A stretch of 64,000 nt of DNA from an uncultured Thermoanaerobaculia bacterium (GCA_964440565.1 CAYTTB010000003.1:70353-134352); one strand, 5' to 3'; counted from the stretch's first letter, positions 35,479 to 45,108 are shown. Notes: generated by a model from the letters alone, not told the origin. Made by a program: numbers and translations.

Positions 35479-36536
35479 CGCTGCCCGCCTGGCTCGAGCG
35501 GGAGCCGGTGGTGGCGGTGTGCGGCCGCTCCGGATCGGGCAAGACCACGCTGCTGGAGCGGGTGATCCCGCGCCTCGCCGCGGAGGGGCTCTCGGTGGGG
35601 GCGGTGAAGCACGACGCCCACGGGTTCGAGATCGACCGCCCGGGCAAGGACTCCGATCGCCTCTTCCGCGCCGGGGCGGAGGTGGTGCTGCGCGGGCCGG
35701 AGGAGGTGGCGGTCCGCTCCCGCCCGGAGGCGCACACCGCTCTCGAGGCGGTGCTGGCCGCGCTCCTCGCCCGGCACGACCTGGTCCTGGTGGAGGGGCA
35801 CTCGGCGACGCCGCTGCCCAAGGTGTGGCTCGCGGGCCCGGGGGGGGACGGTCCACCGCCCGGGACCGCCGCGGTGGCGGCGGTGCTGGCGTGGGACGGG
35901 GAGCGCGAGTCGGCGCTGCTCGCGGTGGTCCGCGAGCGGCTCGCGGCGGCGTGGCGGGAGCGCCCGCTCCTCGGCGGCCTCCTCGTGGGTGGTGCGAGCC
36001 GCCGCATGGGGCGTCCCAAGCAGCTGCTGGAGCTCGGTGGCAGGACGCTGGCCGAGACCGCCGCCGGCGCGCTCGCCCCGCACGTGGAGCGGGTGGTGCT
36101 CCTGGGCGGGGGGACGGTCCCCGCGGCCCTCGAGCGGTGTCAGCGGCTCCCGGACCCGCCGGGCCTGGCGGGCCCGCTGGCCGGCATCCTGGCCGCGCTG
36201 CGGTGGGCGCCGCGGGCGGCGTGGGCGATCGCCGCCTGCGACCTGCCCGCCGTCGGCCCGGAGGCGGTGGCGTGGCTGGTGGGACAGCGGCGGCCGGGGA
36301 GGAGGGCGGTGCTGCCACGGCTCCCGGCGGGGCGGGTGGAGCCGCTGCTCGCGGTGTACGAGCCGCACGCGGCCGCGGTCCTGGAGGCGCTGGCGGCGCG
36401 GGGCCGACTCGCGCCGCGGGAGCTGGCGGGAGCGCCCGGGGTGGCGACCCCCGAGCCGCCGCCGGAGCTGGCGGGCGCCTGGGCGGACGTGGACACCCCG
36501 GGAGACCTTCACCGGCTCGGTCCGAGGGGACGGTAG
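35475..36536 (+). CDS. MobB-MobA fusion (molybdopterin-guanine dinucleotide biosynthesis)
   Basis: N-terminal MobB (VCGRSGSGKTTLLE..VKHDAHGFEID) and C-terminal MobA (LLVGGASRRMGRPKQLL..ACDLP). Confidence 0.85.
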   Translation: MTLPAWLEREPVVAVCGRSGSGKTTLLERVIPRLAAEGLSVGAVKHDAHGFEIDRPGKDSDRLFRAGAEVVLRGPEEVAVRSRPEAHTALEAVLAALLARHDLVLVEGHSATPLPKVWLAGPGGDGPPPGTAAVAAVLAWDGERESALLAVVRERLAAAWRERPLLGGLLVGGASRRMGRPKQLLELGGRTLAETAAGALAPHVERVVLLGGGTVPAALERCQRLPDPPGLAGPLAGILAALRWAPRAAWAIAACDLPAVGPEAVAWLVGQRRPGRRAVLPRLPAGRVEPLLAVYEPHAAAVLEALAARGRLAPRELAGAPGVATPEPPPELAGAWADVDTPGDLHRLGPRGR

Positions 36537-36539
36537 AAT
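36534..36539 (+). promoter_or_regulatory. Candidate -10 hexamer TAGAAT for the downstream OMP gene
   Basis: The context is CGGTAGAATGCC, overlapping the mobBA stop codon. Confidence 0.35.
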
Positions 36540-36585
36540 GCCCTCCAACGACCCACCGGGGAGGACCCGGGGAGAGGAGGCGACG

Positions 36586-37383
36586 GTGCGAGCGCAGGGC
36601 TCTACGCTGGGAGGATGGCTTCGTGCGTTCGGGATCGCGGCGGCGCTGGCGGTGGCCGCGTCCGCCTCGGCGCAGACCACGGTGGCGCTCGACGAGGTGT
36701 GGGCGAGGCTGCCGCCGCGGCTCGGAGTCTCGCTGACGATCTACAACCAGAACCAGCCGTACGACATCCGGCGCCTCGAGCTGAGCCTGCCCGGGATCGA
36801 CCTCGGCCAGGTCCGCGGGCTGGCCATCGACAACGACACCACCACCGTCCACGCGATGGTGGACTACTGGGTGCTGCCGTTCCTCGACGTCTTCGCGCTC
36901 GCGGGGACGGTGGATGGCACCACGACGGTGCGCCTGTCCCGCCTCGACCTCGGGCTTCCCATCCCGCTCGAGGACCTGCGCATCGACTACGACGGGACGG
37001 TGTGGGGCGGCGGGCTCACCGCCGCCTACGGCGGCGAGCGGGCGTTCGGCTCGCTCACCTGGGAGTACACCTCCACCGACCTCGACGACGGCAGCTCGAG
37101 CGAGATCGAGGCGTGGGTGGCCACGGCCAAGCTCGGCGTCCACGTCGAGGGTGGGGCGGTCTGGACGGGGCTCATGTACCAGAGCACCGACGAGCGTCAC
37201 GCCGGGCGGTACGCGCTGCCGTTCTTCGGCGAGTTCGACTACCGCGTGGAGTTCGAGCAGCGGCAGGGATGGAACCTGGTCCTCGGGGCCGAGGTGGGCG
37301 TCGCCGACCACTGGACGGTGACCTTCGAGGGTGGCGCCGGCGACCGCCGGTCGGCGATGATGACCCTCGGCTACCGGTTCTGA
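36586..37383 (+). CDS. Outer-membrane beta-barrel protein
   Basis: GTG after the strong RBS GGAGAGGAGG. Signal peptide ending ASASAQT and C-terminal LGYRF. Confidence 0.6.
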   Translation: MRAQGSTLGGWLRAFGIAAALAVAASASAQTTVALDEVWARLPPRLGVSLTIYNQNQPYDIRRLELSLPGIDLGQVRGLAIDNDTTTVHAMVDYWVLPFLDVFALAGTVDGTTTVRLSRLDLGLPIPLEDLRIDYDGTVWGGGLTAAYGGERAFGSLTWEYTSTDLDDGSSSEIEAWVATAKLGVHVEGGAVWTGLMYQSTDERHAGRYALPFFGEFDYRVEFEQRQGWNLVLGAEVGVADHWTVTFEGGAGDRRSAMMTLGYRF

Positions 37384-37390
37384 GCGCGCC

Positions 37391-38863
37391 GTGCGCGCCG
37401 CGGCCGTCGCCCTGCTGGCGCTCGCGGCCGCCCTCCCCGCGGCGGCGCTGGAGACCGACCAGTACGCGGCGTGGGGCCGCCCCCTGGAGGACGCCGCCGC
37501 CGCGGTGGACGCCTGGTTCACCCGTGAGCTCGACCGGACCCTCGCCGGCCACGGCGAGGGGAGCTGCTGGGACGTGACCCGGGCGTACCAGGCGCGCCTG
37601 CGGTTCGCCGTGATCTTCCACCCCCCCGAGGTGTGGGCGGGGACGTCGGGGATGGTGGACCGCTACCCCGCCACGGACGCGGAGTGGGACGCCTTCGCGG
37701 CCGTGAACCTGTACGCCGACCGCAACCCGCTCGACGTCTCGCTGTGGATGCCCATCTCGCCCACCATCGAGGTGGGCGGGGTGCGCCTCGGCACCGACAA
37801 GCTGGCCCACTTCGTCTCGCTGGGGTGGCACTCGTACCGGAAGTACCGCCGCCTGGTGGCGCGGGGGGTGCCGCCGGCCGAGGCCGAACGGCGCCTCGTC
37901 CGGTGGGCGCTGGTCGGGGAGAAGGACCTCCTGCTGGGGTACCGGACTTCCGGGGTGCTCTCGCTCTCCGACCTCGAGGCGGACGTGCGCGGCCTCGAGT
38001 TCTACCGCGACCTGTGCGGCGGGCCGGACCCGGTGCTGGAACGCCGCGGGGGGCGCTGGGTCCGGCGGCGACCGGTGCGGATCGAGCGGTACGTGACGCC
38101 GGAGTGGGACGAGTCGTACGAGCCGCAGATCCTGCGCCCCGGGAAGTGGCGCCGGGTGCGGCGGGCGCTCCTGCGGCGGTGCGCCCAGCTCGAGGGCGCG
38201 TGGGTGCGTCGCCTGTGGAGGGCCTACGCCGCGCGCGACGGCCTCACCGTCGCCGAGTCGGTGGTGCTGGAGCTGGCCGCGGAGGGCCGGCTCCCCGATC
38301 CCGGGGCGTACGAGATCGAGGCGGTGTGTGGGCTGCCGCCGCGCCCCCTCGATCTCGGCGGCGGCCCCGGCCCGGCCCCGGACGTTCCGGAGGCCGCCAT
38401 CGCCCGCGAGCTGGCCGCCCTCGCGGGCGAGACCCCGCCCCCACGGCGGCCGGTGGCGCTCCACCAGCTCGGCTGGTCGCGGCCGCTGGGGGCCTCGGTG
38501 GGAGCCGGCGCGCTGTGGGCCCGCGTGCCGCGGGCTGGCTGCCGGGAGATGTGCGATCTCCGTGGGCCGTTCCTGGAGGCGGTGGCGGGCGCCGGCGGCG
38601 CGGAGGTGGGCGCGGGGTGGGCGCAGCTCATCGGCTCGCTGCGCGGCCGCCGGCTCGAGCACGCCTACCTCGCGGTGGGGGGACGGGTGGGGCTGCTGCG
38701 CACCTGGGGCGCCCCCGTGGGCGCGGCGTCCGGCGTGACCCACGCCACCGCGGTGCTCGAGTTCTCGGTGGCGCGCGTGAACCTCGAGCTGGGGACGCTG
38801 TGGCCGCTCGAGGGGCCGGATCGCTCGCCCGCCGTGCGCTGGGCGGTGGGGTTCGGGTTCTGA
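37391..38863 (+). CDS. Hypothetical secreted protein (490 aa)
   Basis: Signal peptide MRAAAVALLALAAALPAAALE and C-terminal GFGF. No family recognised. Confidence 0.55.
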   Translation: MRAAAVALLALAAALPAAALETDQYAAWGRPLEDAAAAVDAWFTRELDRTLAGHGEGSCWDVTRAYQARLRFAVIFHPPEVWAGTSGMVDRYPATDAEWDAFAAVNLYADRNPLDVSLWMPISPTIEVGGVRLGTDKLAHFVSLGWHSYRKYRRLVARGVPPAEAERRLVRWALVGEKDLLLGYRTSGVLSLSDLEADVRGLEFYRDLCGGPDPVLERRGGRWVRRRPVRIERYVTPEWDESYEPQILRPGKWRRVRRALLRRCAQLEGAWVRRLWRAYAARDGLTVAESVVLELAAEGRLPDPGAYEIEAVCGLPPRPLDLGGGPGPAPDVPEAAIARELAALAGETPPPRRPVALHQLGWSRPLGASVGAGALWARVPRAGCREMCDLRGPFLEAVAGAGGAEVGAGWAQLIGSLRGRRLEHAYLAVGGRVGLLRTWGAPVGAASGVTHATAVLEFSVARVNLELGTLWPLEGPDRSPAVRWAVGFGF

Positions 38864-38989
38864 CCGGACGGCGCCTCGCGCGGCGCGCTTCCACGACGGG
38901 GACGGGGATCGGCCGCTGCGGCTTCCCTCGCCGCCGTGGCCCCGCGGGCGGGCTCGGATCGCGCGCCGCGCCGGCCGGTGACGCCGCCG

Positions 38990-39376
38990 TCACTCGCCGC
39001 GTAGGCGGCGGGCGGTCTCCTCGAGACGGGCCTGGGCGTCCCGGTCCACCGGCGGGAACGGGAAGTCCTCGAGCGCGTTGGTGGGCAGCAGGTGGATGTG
39101 CACGTGCGGCACCTCGTACCCCACGACCACGGAGATCACCCGGGCGCAGCCGGTCCGCCGCTGGAGCAGGTGGGCCACGGTGCGCGCGGCGCGCCACAGG
39201 TCGAGGTAGGCGTCCTCCGGCATGGAGAACAGCTCCTCGTACGGCGCCTTGGGGATCACGAGGGTGTGGCCCTCGATCCGGGGGTTGATGTCGAGGAACG
39301 CCAGGTGCCGCTCGTCCTCCCACACCTTGTGGCAGGGGATCTCGCCAGCCACGATCCGCTCGAAGATGGTCGGCAT
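38990..39376 (-). CDS. HIT-family nucleotide hydrolase/transferase
   Basis: Contains IFERIVAGEIPCHKVWED and the histidine triad HVHIHLLP. Confidence 0.9.
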   Translation of the reverse strand: MPTIFERIVAGEIPCHKVWEDERHLAFLDINPRIEGHTLVIPKAPYEELFSMPEDAYLDLWRAARTVAHLLQRRTGCARVISVVVGYEVPHVHIHLLPTNALEDFPFPPVDRDAQARLEETARRLRGE

Positions 39377-39475
39377 GCTCCACCTCCCGGGGCCGTGGTC
39401 ACGGCCGCTCCGCCCCAGGATACCCGCACCGGCGGCGGCCGCGCCGGGAGCCGGCCCGTGCGGCGGGAGCGGCCG

Positions 39476-39481
39476 TATACT
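39476..39481 (+). promoter_or_regulatory. Candidate -10 hexamer TATACT, 7 nt before ATG 39489 (leaderless mRNA?)
   Basis: The context is GCCGTATACTGGCCCCCATG. There is no SD between the hexamer and the ATG. Confidence 0.35.
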
Positions 39482-39488
39482 GGCCCCC

Positions 39489-40370
39489 ATGCGGGGACGC
39501 CTCGCCGCCGTGGTTCGCCTGCTCAGGCCCGAGCAGTGGCTCAAGAACGGGTTCGTGCTGGCGCCGGTGGTGTTCGCCGGCCGCGTGCTGGAACCCGCGG
39601 CCTGGGCCCGGGCGGTGCCGGCGGCGGCGGCGTTCTGCCTCGCCGCATCGGCCACCTACGTGGTCAACGACATCCTCGACCGGGAGAGCGACCGCAGCCA
39701 CCCCGACAAGCGCACCCGGCCGCTGGCGGCGGGCGAGGTGGGGGTGGGGACGGCGGGGGCGCTGGCGGCGGCGCTGGCCGTGGGGGGCGTGGCTCTCGGT
39801 GTGGCGCTCGGGCCCGGCTTCCTGGCGCTGCTGGCCGCGTACCTGGGCCTCACGCTGGTGTACTCGCTCGGGCTCAAGCGGGCGGTGTTCCTGGACGTGC
39901 TGGTGGTGGCGGCGGGGTTCGTGCTCAGGGTGACGGCGGGCGCGGTGGCGGTGGGGGTGCCCGTGTCGCGGTGGCTGGTGGTGTGCACGTACCTGCTGGC
40001 GCTCTACCTCGCGCTGGGCAAGCGCCGGGCGGAGCTGGTGCTGCTGGGCAAGGGGGCGGGGGACCACCGCCCGGTCCTGGGGCGGTACACGCTGGCGCTC
40101 CTCGACCAGGCCATCGCGGTGGTGCTCGGCGCCACGGTGGTCGCGTACACGCTGTACGCGGTGGCGCCGGAGACGGTGGCCAGGGTGGGGTCGGAGGGGC
40201 TGCTGGTGACGGTGCCGGTGGTGATGTACGGCCTGTTCCGGTACCTCTACCTGCTCCACCGGCACGAGCTGGGCGGCAGCCCGGCCCGGACGCTGCTCGC
40301 GGACCGGCCGCTGCTGCTCACCGTGGGGCTGTGGCTCGTGGTGGCGGCGGTGGTGATCACCCTCGGATGA
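39489..40370 (+). CDS. UbiA-family prenyltransferase, decaprenyl-phosphate phosphoribosyltransferase-like
   Basis: Contains RPEQWLKNGFVLAPVVFA, NDILDRESDRSHPDKRTRPLAAG and about 8 TM helices. Confidence 0.8.
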   Translation: MRGRLAAVVRLLRPEQWLKNGFVLAPVVFAGRVLEPAAWARAVPAAAAFCLAASATYVVNDILDRESDRSHPDKRTRPLAAGEVGVGTAGALAAALAVGGVALGVALGPGFLALLAAYLGLTLVYSLGLKRAVFLDVLVVAAGFVLRVTAGAVAVGVPVSRWLVVCTYLLALYLALGKRRAELVLLGKGAGDHRPVLGRYTLALLDQAIAVVLGATVVAYTLYAVAPETVARVGSEGLLVTVPVVMYGLFRYLYLLHRHELGGSPARTLLADRPLLLTVGLWLVVAAVVITLG

Positions 40371-41727
40371 GCCTCGCGGCCGCGCCGCGCGCGGCGCGGA
40401 TGCAGTCGTTGACCGAGACCCCCCGGTACGACGAGCCGGTGAGGACGATCCCGGCGGACGCCGCGGCGCGCTCCGCCGCCGCGACCCGCTCCAGATGCCC
40501 CAGCGTGTACTGGGCGATCCCGCGCGGGTGCCGCACGATCCAGGAGCGGTCGGGGTCGGGATCGGCCCCGAGCAGGCGCGCGAGCGCCTCCCGCGTCCGG
40601 GCCAGCAGCGCCCCGTCGTCGAGCTCCACCGCGGCCGGATCGCGCGCCCCGCCGAGCATGGTCCGCAGCAGCAGCCACCCCTCCGGGGCCTGGCCCGGGA
40701 AGATCGAGTGGCAGAAGAGCGTTCCCAGCACCCCGAGCCGTTCCCGGCCCGGCACCAGCACCCCGAACCCCCCGACCGGTGCGCCGAAGGCGTCGGCCCG
40801 GCGGTAGGCGGTCAGCACCACCGCGATGGGAGCGGTGGCGATGCCGGCCAGCGGCGTCACCGCCTCCGGGGCGAGGCGCTCGAGGAGCCGCGACGCCTCG
40901 GCCGCGGGGGTCGCCACCACCAGCCGCCGGGCCACGATCGCGCCGTCGTCGAGCTCGATCCCGAAGCCTCCTCCGGAGCGAGTCAGACCGCGAACCGGCG
41001 CCCGCAGCCGGAGGCGGCCGCCGAGGCGCGCCGCGAGCGCGGCGGGGAGGGCGCCCATGCCGCGGTCGAAGGTGGTCAGCGTTCCGGCGGGGCCGGCCGG
41101 CCCGCCCGTTCCGGTCCCGGAGCGGGCCGCGCCGCGCCGGCGGGCCAGGAGCGCCCGCACCAGGGAGCCGTGCTCGCGCTCCATCGCCGCCATCCGCGGG
41201 AAGGTGGCGGCGAGCGAGAGTCGCGCCGGGTCGCCCGCGAAGACGCCGGTCACCATGGCGTCCACCAGCACCTCCGCCGCCCCCCGGCCGATGCGCCGGG
41301 CCGCGAAGTCCAGCACCGACTCGTCGCCCTCCGGCGGGCCGGGCGCGAACGGCTCCAGCAGCACCCGCAGGCGGGCGCCGAGCGGGAGCACGTCCGAGGC
41401 GAGGAAGGCGCCGGGCGAGAGCGGAACCCGCCGCGGGCGGCCGTCGCGCACGATGAACCGGTCGGCGGCGGCGTCGCCGGCGCGGACGAGACGGTCGCCG
41501 AGCCCGGCCAGGCGCGCGAGCTCCAGGGTGTCCGGGGCGCTGTCCAGGAACCCCTGCGGACCCCACTCGAGGCAGCACCCGTCCTCCCAGCGGGTGGCCA
41601 CCTTGCCTCCCGGCCGCTCGTCCGCCTCGAGGACCACGAGGTCCCCGATCCCGTGGTCGTGCTCGAGCCAGGCCGCCGCCGCGAGCCCGGCGATCCCTCC
41701 CCCGACGATGGCGACGTCCACGTCCAT
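40357..41727 (-). CDS. hemY: Protoporphyrinogen/coproporphyrinogen oxidase (FAD, HemY type)
   Basis: Contains VAIVGGGIAGLAAA, RPGGKV and C-terminal GSSYRGVSVNDCI. Confidence 0.8.
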   Translation of the reverse strand: MDVDVAIVGGGIAGLAAAAWLEHDHGIGDLVVLEADERPGGKVATRWEDGCCLEWGPQGFLDSAPDTLELARLAGLGDRLVRAGDAAADRFIVRDGRPRRVPLSPGAFLASDVLPLGARLRVLLEPFAPGPPEGDESVLDFAARRIGRGAAEVLVDAMVTGVFAGDPARLSLAATFPRMAAMEREHGSLVRALLARRRGAARSGTGTGGPAGPAGTLTTFDRGMGALPAALAARLGGRLRLRAPVRGLTRSGGGFGIELDDGAIVARRLVVATPAAEASRLLERLAPEAVTPLAGIATAPIAVVLTAYRRADAFGAPVGGFGVLVPGRERLGVLGTLFCHSIFPGQAPEGWLLLRTMLGGARDPAAVELDDGALLARTREALARLLGADPDPDRSWIVRHPRGIAQYTLGHLERVAAAERAAASAGIVLTGSSYRGVSVNDCIRAARGAAARLIRG

Positions 41728-41784
41728 CCGCGCCCCCGGCCCGGAGCGTAGCAGGTCCGCGCCGGGGCGGCGGAGGCGCGGGGC

Positions 41785-43140
41785 CTACGGGCGGCGGATC
41801 CCGTACTTCGAGAGCTTGGCGTACAGGGTGGTGCGCGAGATCCCCAGCACCCGGGCCGCCCGGCGGAGGTTGCCGCCGGTGGCGGCCACCACCCGCTCGA
41901 TGTGCTCGCGTTCCACCTCGTGGAGCGGGCGCAGGGCGCTCCCGTCGCCGGCGGGGAGTGGCTCGAGCTCGGGCGGCAGGTGGTGGGGCTGGATCACCCC
42001 CTCGCGGGCGAGGATCACCGCCCGCTCCACCACGTTGCGGAGCTCGCGGATGTTCCCCGGCCAGGCGTAGGCGAGGAGCGCCTCCTCGGCGGTCGGGGTG
42101 AACCCCTCCACGGAGGTGCCCATGGCGCGGTTGAGCTGGCCGAGGAAGTGGTGGGCGAGCTCGAGGATGTCGCCCCTGCGCTCCCGGAGCGGGGGCAGCT
42201 CGATGGAGAAGACGTTGAGCCGGTAGTACAGGTCGCGCCGGAACTTCCCCTCGGCGACCCTGGCCTTGAGGTCGCGGTTGGTGGCCACCACCAGGCGGAC
42301 GTCCACGTGGATGTCCCGGACCCCGCCGACGCGGCGGAACCGCCTGTCCTCCAGCGCCTTGAGCAGCTTGCTCTGGACCTCGGGGGGCATCTCCCCGATC
42401 TCGTCGAGGAACACCGTGCCGCCGTGGGCCACCTCGAGCAGGCCCGGCTTGGCGCGCCGCGCGTCGGTGAAGGCGCCCGCCTCGTGCCCGAACAGCTCCG
42501 ACTCCAGCAGCTGCGGCGCCAGGCCGGCGCAGTTGAGGTCCAGGAACGGGCCCTGCGCCCGCCGGCTCAGGCGGTGGATCTCCTCCGCCGCGAGCCCCTT
42601 GCCGGTTCCCGACTCGCCCAGCAGCAGCACCGTGGCGTCGGTGTCGGCCACCTGGGCGATGAGCCTCCGCACCTGCTCCATCGCCCGGGAGGAGCCGATC
42701 ATCCTCGCCCCGAGCCGCTCCTCCACCCGGGCCGCGAGCGCCCGGTGGTGGCGCATCCGCCGGCGCTCGGCGAGCGTGCGCGAGAGCACCGCGTCGAGGG
42801 TCCCGGTGCCCACCGGCTTGACCAGGAAGTTGTCGGCGCCGAGGCGCATCGCCTCCACCACCACCTCGATGTCGGAGCGCCCGGTGAGGACCACGATCCC
42901 CACCAGCTCGTTGAGGCGCCTGAGGTGCGGGATCAGCTCGAGCCCCTCCACGTCCGGCAGCCCGAGGTCGAGCAGCACCACCTCCGGGTCGAACCCCTCC
43001 GCCACGGTGAGCGCCGAGGCGCCGTCGGCCGCGGTGGCCACGACCCAGCGGGTGGGGTCCAGCGCCGCCGGTACCGCCTCCCGCAGGCCGGGATCGTCGT
43101 CCACCAGCAGCACCCTGCCCGGGATCCGTCCGCCCGCCAT
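41785..43140 (-). CDS. NtrC-family sigma-54-dependent response regulator (no adjacent kinase)
   Basis: Contains VLLVDDDP..LLDLGLPD, GESGTGKG, GAFTDA, FRRDLYYRLN, WPGNIRELRN and an HTH ARVLGISRTTLYAKL. Confidence 0.92.
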   Translation of the reverse strand: MAGGRIPGRVLLVDDDPGLREAVPAALDPTRWVVATAADGASALTVAEGFDPEVVLLDLGLPDVEGLELIPHLRRLNELVGIVVLTGRSDIEVVVEAMRLGADNFLVKPVGTGTLDAVLSRTLAERRRMRHHRALAARVEERLGARMIGSSRAMEQVRRLIAQVADTDATVLLLGESGTGKGLAAEEIHRLSRRAQGPFLDLNCAGLAPQLLESELFGHEAGAFTDARRAKPGLLEVAHGGTVFLDEIGEMPPEVQSKLLKALEDRRFRRVGGVRDIHVDVRLVVATNRDLKARVAEGKFRRDLYYRLNVFSIELPPLRERRGDILELAHHFLGQLNRAMGTSVEGFTPTAEEALLAYAWPGNIRELRNVVERAVILAREGVIQPHHLPPELEPLPAGDGSALRPLHEVEREHIERVVAATGGNLRRAARVLGISRTTLYAKLSKYGIRRP

Positions 43141-43194
43141 GGTGCCAGTATAGGGCGCTCCCGGCGGACGCCCGCCGGCCGGGAGCCGCCGCCC

Positions 43195-44142
43195 TCACTC
43201 CGCGGCGGCCAGGGCGCGCTGGAGGCCGTCCCCCGCCACCGCGAGGAGGACGACGGTGCAGGCGATGGCGAGCCCCGGGAGTGCGGCCAGCCACCACCCC
43301 TCGAGCAGCACCCCGCGGCCCTCGGCCACCATCGCCCCCCAGGACGGGGTGGGGGGCTGCACCCCGAGGCCGAGGAACGACAGCGTCGCCTCCGCGATGA
43401 CGAGGTCCCCGAGCCGGAGCGCTGCCTCCTGGGAGGCGGGTCCGGCGACGTTGGGAACGAGGTGCAGCGCCCACCGCAGCCACCACGGCGAGCCCTCCGC
43501 CCGGGACGCCAGGACGAAGGGGCGCTCGCGCACGCTGAGCGCCTGGCCGCGCACGAGGCGGGCGAGGCCCATCCACGAGGTGGCACCGAGGATCGCCACC
43601 AGGGCACCCGTGCCCGGCCGGAACACGGCGGCGAGGAGGATCAGCAGGAACAGGGCGGGGAACGCCATCCAGGCGTCCACCACCCGCATCGCCGCCGCAT
43701 CCAGCCAGCGGGGCCCGGAGGCCGCGGCGAGCCCCACGCCCAGCCCCAGCGCCAGCGCCACCACGAGGCTCGAGGCGGCCACCGCCAGCGACACCCTCCC
43801 CCCCGCGAGGAGCCGGTGGAGGACGTCCCGCCCCAGCGTGTCCGCCCCCAGCCAGAAGCGGTGCCGCCGCACCGCCACCACGTCCACGGCCGGGATCGTC
43901 TCGGCGCGGGTGGCCCGTGGGACCAGCCACCCCGTGGCGGTGCGGTGGGCTCCGGCGGCCACCACCGTCCGCCCGTCGGAGAGCTCGAGGACGAGCGCGA
44001 CGGTGCCGGGAGGCAGGAGGGCGGCGTGGGCGGGGTCGGCCGGCGGCGCGGGCGGCAGCAGCCACGGCCCGGCCACGCACGCCGCCACCACGAGGGCCAG
44101 TCCGCCGAGGCCGACCCGGAGCTCGGCCCGGCCTCGCCTCAC
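43195..44142 (-). CDS. Peptide/nickel-type ABC transporter permease (DppC/OppC-like)
   Basis: Contains GADTLGRDVLHRLL and an EAA-like loop. The GTG overlaps the upstream stop (GTGA). Confidence 0.85.
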   Translation of the reverse strand: MRRGRAELRVGLGGLALVVAACVAGPWLLPPAPPADPAHAALLPPGTVALVLELSDGRTVVAAGAHRTATGWLVPRATRAETIPAVDVVAVRRHRFWLGADTLGRDVLHRLLAGGRVSLAVAASSLVVALALGLGVGLAAASGPRWLDAAAMRVVDAWMAFPALFLLILLAAVFRPGTGALVAILGATSWMGLARLVRGQALSVRERPFVLASRAEGSPWWLRWALHLVPNVAGPASQEAALRLGDLVIAEATLSFLGLGVQPPTPSWGAMVAEGRGVLLEGWWLAALPGLAIACTVVLLAVAGDGLQRALAAAE

Positions 44143-45104
44143 ACCGCCTCCCGGACCCGGGGGTCCACCAGGGCGTACAGGAGATCGGCCACCAGCGTCC
44201 CCACCATCACCGCGCCCGCGGCGAGCAGCGTGGCCGCGAGGGTGAGGGGCACGTCGCGGGCCGTCGCGGCGCGCCACACCAGCTGGCCCATCCCGGGCCA
44301 CGAGAACACCACCTCCACCACCAGCGAGCCCGAGACCAGCGCTGGCAGCCCGAGCCCGAGGAGCGTCACCACCGGCAGCAGGGCCGGCCGGAGCGCGTGC
44401 ACCAGCAGCAGGCGCACCGGCGGCACGCCGCGCGCCCGCGCCGCCAGGAGGAACCGCGCCGACCGCACCTCGAGCAGCGCCGCCCGCAGGTAGCGGCCGG
44501 TGGCGGCGGCGCCGGCGAGCCCGAGGGAGAGTGCGGGCAGCGCGAGGTGGCGGATGAGGTCGAGGAGCCTCGCCGCCGCCGGCAGCGTCTGGGCCCCCAC
44601 CGAGTGCATGTGCGACGGCGGGAACCACCCCAGCGTCACGGAGAACACCAGCAGCGCCATCACCGCCAGCCAGAACGGCGGGAGGCCGTAGAGCCCGAGC
44701 GCCAGGAGCGAGGCGACGCGGTCCACCCACCCCCCGGGCCGCCACGCCGCGAGCAGCGCCAGCGCGAGGCCGCCGGCGAGGTCGAGCAGGAGGGCGGTCC
44801 CGGCGAGCAGCGCCGTGGGGGGCAGGGCCTCGCCGAGCACCTCGGCCACGGGACGCCGGTAGAGGAAGGAGATCCCGAGGTCGCCGCGGGCCAGCCCCGC
44901 GAGCCACCTCAGGTAGCGGACATGCGCCGGCCGGTCGAGCCCGAACCGGTGGCGGATCACCTCCCGCGCCTCGGGGCCCAGCGCCGGGTCGTCGAGGAGA
45001 CGGTCCACGGAGCCCGGCGCCGCCTCCAGGACCACGAAGGTGGCGGTGACCACCAGCCACGCCACCACCACCAGCGTCAGCAGCCGGCGGACCACGGCGC
45101 GCAC
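44139..45104 (-). CDS. Peptide/nickel-type ABC transporter permease (DppB/OppB-like)
   Basis: Contains MRAVVRRLLTLVVVAWLVVTATFVVL..LGLDRP and 6 TM helices. Confidence 0.88.
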   Translation of the reverse strand: MRAVVRRLLTLVVVAWLVVTATFVVLEAAPGSVDRLLDDPALGPEAREVIRHRFGLDRPAHVRYLRWLAGLARGDLGISFLYRRPVAEVLGEALPPTALLAGTALLLDLAGGLALALLAAWRPGGWVDRVASLLALGLYGLPPFWLAVMALLVFSVTLGWFPPSHMHSVGAQTLPAAARLLDLIRHLALPALSLGLAGAAATGRYLRAALLEVRSARFLLAARARGVPPVRLLLVHALRPALLPVVTLLGLGLPALVSGSLVVEVVFSWPGMGQLVWRAATARDVPLTLAATLLAAGAVMVGTLVADLLYALVDPRVREAV

Positions 45105-45108
45105 GGGC

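Noticed and set aside
36538-36585. ATG 36538 as the start of the OMP gene.
   Set aside because: The ATG lies inside the TAGAAT hexamer and overlaps the mobBA stop. The encoded N-terminus (MPSNDPPGRTRGEEAT) precedes the real signal peptide, and GTG 36586 has a far better RBS.
34087-37521. 1144-aa minus-strand ORF spanning modC-like, mobBA and the OMP gene. Similar giant ORFs include 40247..44080 (-), 7669..10143 (-), 22186..24729 (+), 23714..27136 (+), 55756..58926 (+), 26667..30068 (+, upstream part) and 45040..47766 (+, upstream part).
   Set aside because: Their translations are low-complexity R/P/G/A strings with no motifs. They lie antisense to, or out of frame with, genes that have clear family signatures. 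Open shadow frames of this kind are expected in very GC-rich DNA.
40357-40370. 14-nt convergent overlap of the UbiA-type gene and hemY 3' ends.
   Set aside because: Short convergent overlaps are common in compact GC-rich genomes. Nothing further supports a functional antisense interaction.
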